Positions 57,830 to 64,000 of a stretch of 64,000 nucleotides of DNA are shown here, piece by piece. The DNA is from the human T2T-CHM13v2.0 reference genome, Homo sapiens: assembly GCF_009914755.1 (NCBI RefSeq), contig NC_060940.1, one strand, 5' to 3'. How positions within the stretch are numbered: position 1 is the stretch's first letter; every line of letters begins with the position of its first letter. The position numbers and the translations under genes are program-made. Under the pieces are notes generated by a model, which searched no databases, was not told the origin of the DNA, and saw only the letters and a program-made list of their open reading frames with translations.

Positions 57830-59170
57830 TTTGCTGCATGACTTTCAGTCTACCCCACTCTACTGCCTTTTCCCCTCCTCCTAAACCATATTCAGTCTCT
57901 CCCTTCCTAAAATAACCTCTTTTGTGCTTGGATACTACCCCGATTATCTCTTTCCCTTTGTTTCATAATTCCTTAAAATGAAGAGTCCATATTTCTTGCC
58001 TCTGCTTTTCACTTCTATTCATCTCTTGATTCCCATTACCATCTGGCTTCCGGTCCCCTGAAATTGTTTACTAAAATCATCAGGATCCTCTAATAATCAA
58101 ATCCAACAAACGGTTTTGCTTCTTGCTAGGCCTTCCTATGGCATTTTGCTCTGTTGGCCCTTACCACTGTTAGCATCTCTTCCTCTTTCCTGAACACACC
58201 CCCTTAGCTTCTAAGATACATGCTCTGATTTCTTGGTTCTCCTATCTGGCTGCTGCTTTTAAGCCTTTTCTGTCAGTTCCTCTTCACTACTCATACCTCA
58301 GCTGTTGCTGTTCCCAGGACTTTGCTTTACTTTGTGCATTCTCTACAGATAAGCTCAAACATAACCATAGTTTCCATTCTTACCCAAATTCGTATCTCAA
58401 GACTCATCAGTTTCCTAAAATGATATTCTGAATCTCTTCTTTACTCCTGGCACCTCTGATTCAAATTTAACCTATCTAGGTCTAATTCTTGATCTCATTT
58501 GGCGCTTGTTCTGTTTTCCCACTTTGGCTAATGTAATCAGCTTTCACCCAGTTGCCTAAACTAGAAGATACCATTTTTACTTCTGACCTTTCCATCACTA
58601 CAGACCCCTTATTGATATGCAAGTCTTGTCTTTGCTTTTCATGAATTCTATCCCTTCCTATCCTTCCTGCTTCTCAAACCCAGACTCTTAACTGGTTTTC
58701 CTGCCTCTGGTTTTATCAACCTCTTGCTCCCAATTCATCCTCCATACTCTGCCTCAAAGTTTTCTCAGTTCTCATAGGATCACACCACCTCCACTCCCAT
58801 TATAATCCTACAGGATTTGGTGAGGAATTATATACCCACCATGATCTAATTCCTGTTTGTCTCTATCTCCTGACTGGAGCCCCAGGCAATCACTTGCCAT
58901 TCTTTGTATATTCTGGGAACTTTTCTTCATGTTCTAAGACCCAACTCAAATGTCAACTCCTATGAAGCCTTCTTGGACCTCTCTGGGTAGGATTCATTAT
59001 GTTCCCCATGGAGATCCCCTGTCCCTTTGTACTATGGACCATTGGTATAGCTCCTGTTTTAATCCTGTCTCTCTCAAACACCAAGCTACAGGTGTTGTGA
59101 GGGTAGTAGAGATGATACTTTCTTAATATACATATTTCTAGCCCTTGCCACAGTAGATGTTTGAATTATT
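57830..59170 (+). mobile_element. L2 LINE, decayed ORF2 to 3' end
   Basis: Pyrimidine-rich; atctggcttccgg...ctgaaa, caactcaaatgtcaactcctatgaagcctt, cacagtagatgtttgaa. Confidence 0.8.
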
Positions 59171-59247
59171 AAAGACTTTATTTTCCAAGATTATTCCCTA
59201 CCACTATGATCCTGAGGGAGCTAATTCTTACATTTTATTTTCTTCAG

Positions 59248-59383
59248 CTGTTTGACGTTGATGAGGATGGCTACATAACGGAGGAAGAGTTCTCCACCAT
59301 TCTACAGGCTTCCCTTGGAGTGCCTGACCTTGATGTTTCTGGTCTCTTCAAGGAAATAGCCCAAGGGGACTCAATTTCCTATG
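59248..59383 (+). CDS. LPCAT2: LPCAT2 exon 13, EF-hand DVDEDGYITEEE
   Basis: cttcag|CTG acceptor, ATG|gtgagt donor, 136 nt; overlaps ORF 59206..59391. Confidence 0.97.
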
Positions 59384-59529
59384 GTGAGTAGGCAATCTGG
59401 CCTCCTGACTTAGTTTACAAGGAGGACATCCAGACTATGGACTGATGCTCAAGAGTACTGTTTCTCTTAACTAATTACATTAATAATAGACATAATAGTA
59501 ATATTGATGACCACAGTAATAATAGTAGT

Positions 59530-59780
59530 AATGGCATAATAGTCATAGCTAATTATTGAGGACTTATATGCTAGGCACTCTTCTAAACATTTTATATATA
59601 TTAACCCATTTAATCTTTATAGCAAGCCTATCTAATCGGTATTCTTAATTATTCTTGTTTTACTAAGATACAAAGACTTTAAGTAACTTATCTAAGACAA
59701 TTTAGCTAAAGAACATCAGAGCCACAATTCAAAAACCAAAACAGTTTGACTTTGGAGCCTGCACTATTGACTCTACACTT
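59530..59780 (-). mobile_element. MIR SINE
   Basis: tattgaggacttatatgctaggcact...ccatttaatctttatagcaa. Confidence 0.8.
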
Positions 59781-60817
59781 TAGTGATCTCTGCTTTCAGT
59801 GTGGCCAGGCAAAACTGAACAAGTAAACCAAGTAGGTTGCAACTATAGTAAAGGAACATGGACTGAGGCACCAACAATAATAGTAGCTAAACGATTTATT
59901 GATGTTTACTATTAGTGACCTATGTAACTTTTCACATTCCTTGTCTCATGCCATCTTGTTAGCAACTCCTGTGAGTTAGGGTCTATCATGGAGAAAGACC
60001 TTGTGGCAAAGTGGCAGGTCTATCCATCAGTAACTGTCTTTTCTCTTGATGGCTCAAGTCCACCCATCAAAACAAGTTGCACTGGACTGAAGCTTCTCTA
60101 TATTCACAGTGCAGTTGTTGAGAAACACACCTCAATGGAGAGACCAAGATAATTGTTTCCCTGTCTTGGGTTTGATGTGGTCATGGATGTCAAGCTGGCT
60201 TATCTTCCCCAGTCTTTCCCCTGAGGCTGGATGGAGACTCCTCTTTAATTACTCTTTCCTTATGGTGTTCAAGAGTTTCAGCTTGTTAACTTTCATGGGA
60301 TGGGAAAAGTAGATCACATACTTCTCTTACTCTCTGTTTTTAATTACTGTCATTTAGGTAATTAAATGCCTAGGGCACTTAATCTATTGAGTTCATTTGA
60401 AAAAACAGGATAAAATGGGAAGTGTAAATACTGAGATGAAACTTATGAGTCATAAATTCAAGTGTACTAATTCTTCTCTGGCTATTTTCATAAGGAAGAC
60501 TATTACTCCAAACTACTAAATTTTGAAAAACTAGTTGGAATAACTACTTCAATGGAAGCTAATACTAAAAATGATTTGTAGATAGCCATAATAACCTGTT
60601 GATTTAAGTAATTTTTCAGGGAAATCTGCTTTGTTTTTTGGAGTTCAACCTTTTTCTTTGCAGAATACAGAATATCTCCCCTTTCCCAATATTAGGCAAA
60701 TCTGCTATTTTTTTCAAGAATGTTTGAAGTATTTAAGTATAATTTTGTTTAAAAAGTAGATATTGATAAATGTCATGAATGTGACCATTTAGATTGTTTA
60801 AATGTGATCCTTTAAAT

Positions 60818-61162
60818 CAGGGGTTCCCAACCCTTAGGCCATGGACCGGTGCCGATCTGTGGCCATTAGGAACGGAGTTACACAGCAGGAGGTGAGTGGC
60901 AGGCGAGTGAGCATTAGAGCCTGAACTCCGCCTCCTATCTGATCAGTGGAGGCATTAGATTCTCATAGGAGCGCATGAACCCTATTGTGAACTGCACATG
61001 TGAGGGATCTAGGTTGCACGTTCCTTATGAGAATCCAATGCTTGATGATCTGAGGTTGAACAGTTTCATCCTGAAACCATCTCCCCAATCCCCTTTACCA
61101 TCCATGGAAAAATTGTCTTCCATGAAACCAGTCCCTGGTGCCAAAATGGTTGGGGACTGCTG
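60818..61162. mobile_element. MER1B hAT element, complete, 8-bp TSD
   Basis: Ends caggggttcccaacc / ggttggggactgctg; TSD ctttaaat / ccttaaat. Confidence 0.93.
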
Positions 61163-61614
61163 CCTTAAATTACTTTATTTTCAGTTTTCCATTATCTAAA
61201 TTAATGCTCAAATTCCACATAGAGTCAATCACAGGACTTCCAGCAATGAGTTACTCTTTAATGCCACTGACATCCCAACAGAGGATCTTGATCTTTTGGC
61301 CATAGCACAAGTCTTGAAATTAAAGTTCTTGGTTTCAGTAGATCAACTGTCATGCTCACTTATCTTCAAAGTCACTTAAGTCTTCTATGTGTCTCCGTCA
61401 TTGAAACAGACTCATGTAGATTAAACTTCATCTATTTTTATTTTTTTCTATAATGTATCCCTAGAAACAAGAACCTTTATTTTGGAAGTTAAAAAAGAAC
61501 AGTTAGTAGTTTGCCTGATTTAGAAATAAAAAGTGGTTTATTAATGCAAAACAACATTGCAATTGCAAATAATGATTTGAGTTCAATCTGGTGACTTCCT
61601 CATCACTAAGACCT

Positions 61615-61697
61615 GTTTGTTTATTTGTTTTTTTGAGATACGGTCTCACTCTGTTGCCCAGGCTGGAGTGCAGTGGCATGATCAGAGGTCACTGCAG
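61615..61697 (-). mobile_element. Severely 5'-truncated Alu (J-like) with TSD
   Basis: actaagacct at 61605 and 61698. Confidence 0.9.
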
Positions 61698-62221
61698 ACT
61701 AAGACCTATTTTTATATTCAAGAGTTAGGTAGCCTAATGTGTCATGAAGCAGACCCTTGCTTATCAGAGGATTTTTTAAAAGTAAATGTATAGAAATAGG
61801 ACATTTAGTTAACATTATTTTATTATAGAGCCAAATGGCAGCTAATCCAAAGACCATGCTATCTTTGCTCTAATAAGCTCAATAAAGTTTTATCCACCCA
61901 AAAGAAGAGAATAGAAGGATTTCAAAATAGAAGACAGAATAATATTTCAGAAACTCCAGGTTACTGGAGGATTGAGGTTCAAGTCCTGATAGTTAACTAA
62001 GTAAGCCTTCTGTAGCCCTATCTCAGCTTCTAAAACACTTGAGATAAAAAGAACTCCTCTACTTGGAGGTCTTGTGGTATGATTATTATATATTGTACAC
62101 TTTCCTATCCATTATTGATTACAAATCAAGGCTCAGCTTTTTAAGACTGTATTTTTCTGTACCAGAGTTAAGGGCTCAAATGGTTTTAAAAACCAATTAT
62201 AGAAAGTGGTGGGTAATATAA

Positions 62222-62940
62222 TTTTTTAAACATTTTTTAAATTGCTAGAAAGAACAAAAATACAGAAAACTAAATAAAACATATAAAGCACAACGAAGTT
62301 TTATAAAGTGAACACCCATGTAACTACCATTCAAGTCAAGAAATAGAGCTTTTCCACAACTCCAGAAACCCCTGTGTGCCCTTTCCCAACCACACCCCTA
62401 CCTCTCTCTTAAAGAAGGGGGTTGTTATCCTGACTTAAAAAGGAATCTCTGCCTTGCTTTATTTTACTTTAACAGTTCACCCCTAAAGTATGTACCTTTA
62501 AATATTAAATTTTAGTTTTGTCTAAGTTTTTGGGCTTTATATAAATAGACTCATACAATTATGTGTTACTTTATATCTTGCTTTTTTCATTAAACATTAT
62601 GGCTTTAAGATTAATCCACATTGTTTCTACATAGCTGTTTATTCATTTTCATTGCCATATGGCCTTATGTTCCATGAGTATGACACAATTTATTTATGCA
62701 TTTCTACTGTTGATGGACATCCAAGTTGTTTTTATTTTTTATCTATTATAAATAATGTTGCTGTGAACATTCTCATACATGTCTCTCAGAGCACAATATG
62801 CACAAATTTCTCTAGGATATATACCTCAGAGTAGAATTAATGGGTCAAAGAGTATGTATATCTTCAACTTGACTAGATAATGGAAAAACTATCTCCCAAA
62901 GTGGTTGTACAACTTATATTTTCATCAGCAATGTTTGTGT
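62222..62940 (-). mobile_element. Old L1ME-like 3' fragment
   Basis: aaagtgaacacccatgtaactacc ... tgttgatggacat ... ctcccaaagtggttgtac. Confidence 0.87.
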
Positions 62941-63052
62941 GTTGGGTAGTAGAATTTTGTAATAATTGCATTATTAGAGTCATTTATTAATCTGCATCAT
63001 GCCAAAAGAAGATTCACCCCAACTTATTGGATTTTTTTTCTTTCTCTTCTAG

Positions 63053-63237
63053 AGGAATTTAAAAGTTTTGCCTTAAAGCATCCAGAATATGCTAAGATAT
63101 TTACAACATACCTAGACCTCCAGACGTGCCATGTGTTTTCATTACCAAAAGAAGTCCAGACAACCCCCTCCACCGCCAGTAATAAAGTCAGCCCTGAAAA
63201 GCATGAAGAGAGTACCTCAGACAAAAAAGATGACTGA
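63053..63237 (+). CDS. LPCAT2: LPCAT2 exon 14 coding part, ends KKDD (KKxx ER-retrieval type) then TGA
   Basis: ttctag|AG acceptor; EFKSFALKHPEYAKIF...DKKDD; TGA at 63235-63237. Confidence 0.97.

Positions 63238-64000
<763 letters not shown>

Overview
Human-type (primate, Alu-rich, AT-rich) genomic DNA. It holds coding exons 2-14 of LPCAT2 (lysophosphatidylcholine acyltransferase 2 / lyso-PAF acetyltransferase) on the + strand; exon 1 lies upstream of the window. All 13 exons join in frame across GT-AG introns and give the HSTFFD and FPEGT acyltransferase motifs, two EF-hands and a C-terminal KKDD, with the stop at 63235-63237. The intronless calpain small subunit gene CAPNS2 (46888-47634) is nested on the same strand in the 23.5-kb intron 11, which splits the first EF-hand loop of LPCAT2. 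The rest is intronic: old L1s, L2, MIR, CR1/L3, a near full-length Tigger1, MER elements and Alus from FAM to AluY. Gene and repeat names come from recognition and recall, not database searches; repeat boundaries and subfamilies are approximate. The best lead for something undescribed is a candidate splice acceptor 33 nt upstream of the CAPNS2 ATG. It is in frame with both LPCAT2 exon 11 and CAPNS2, with a single TAA in between, which suggests a truncated-LPCAT2/CAPNS2 bicistronic transcript or a latent fusion. This is a hypothesis only.
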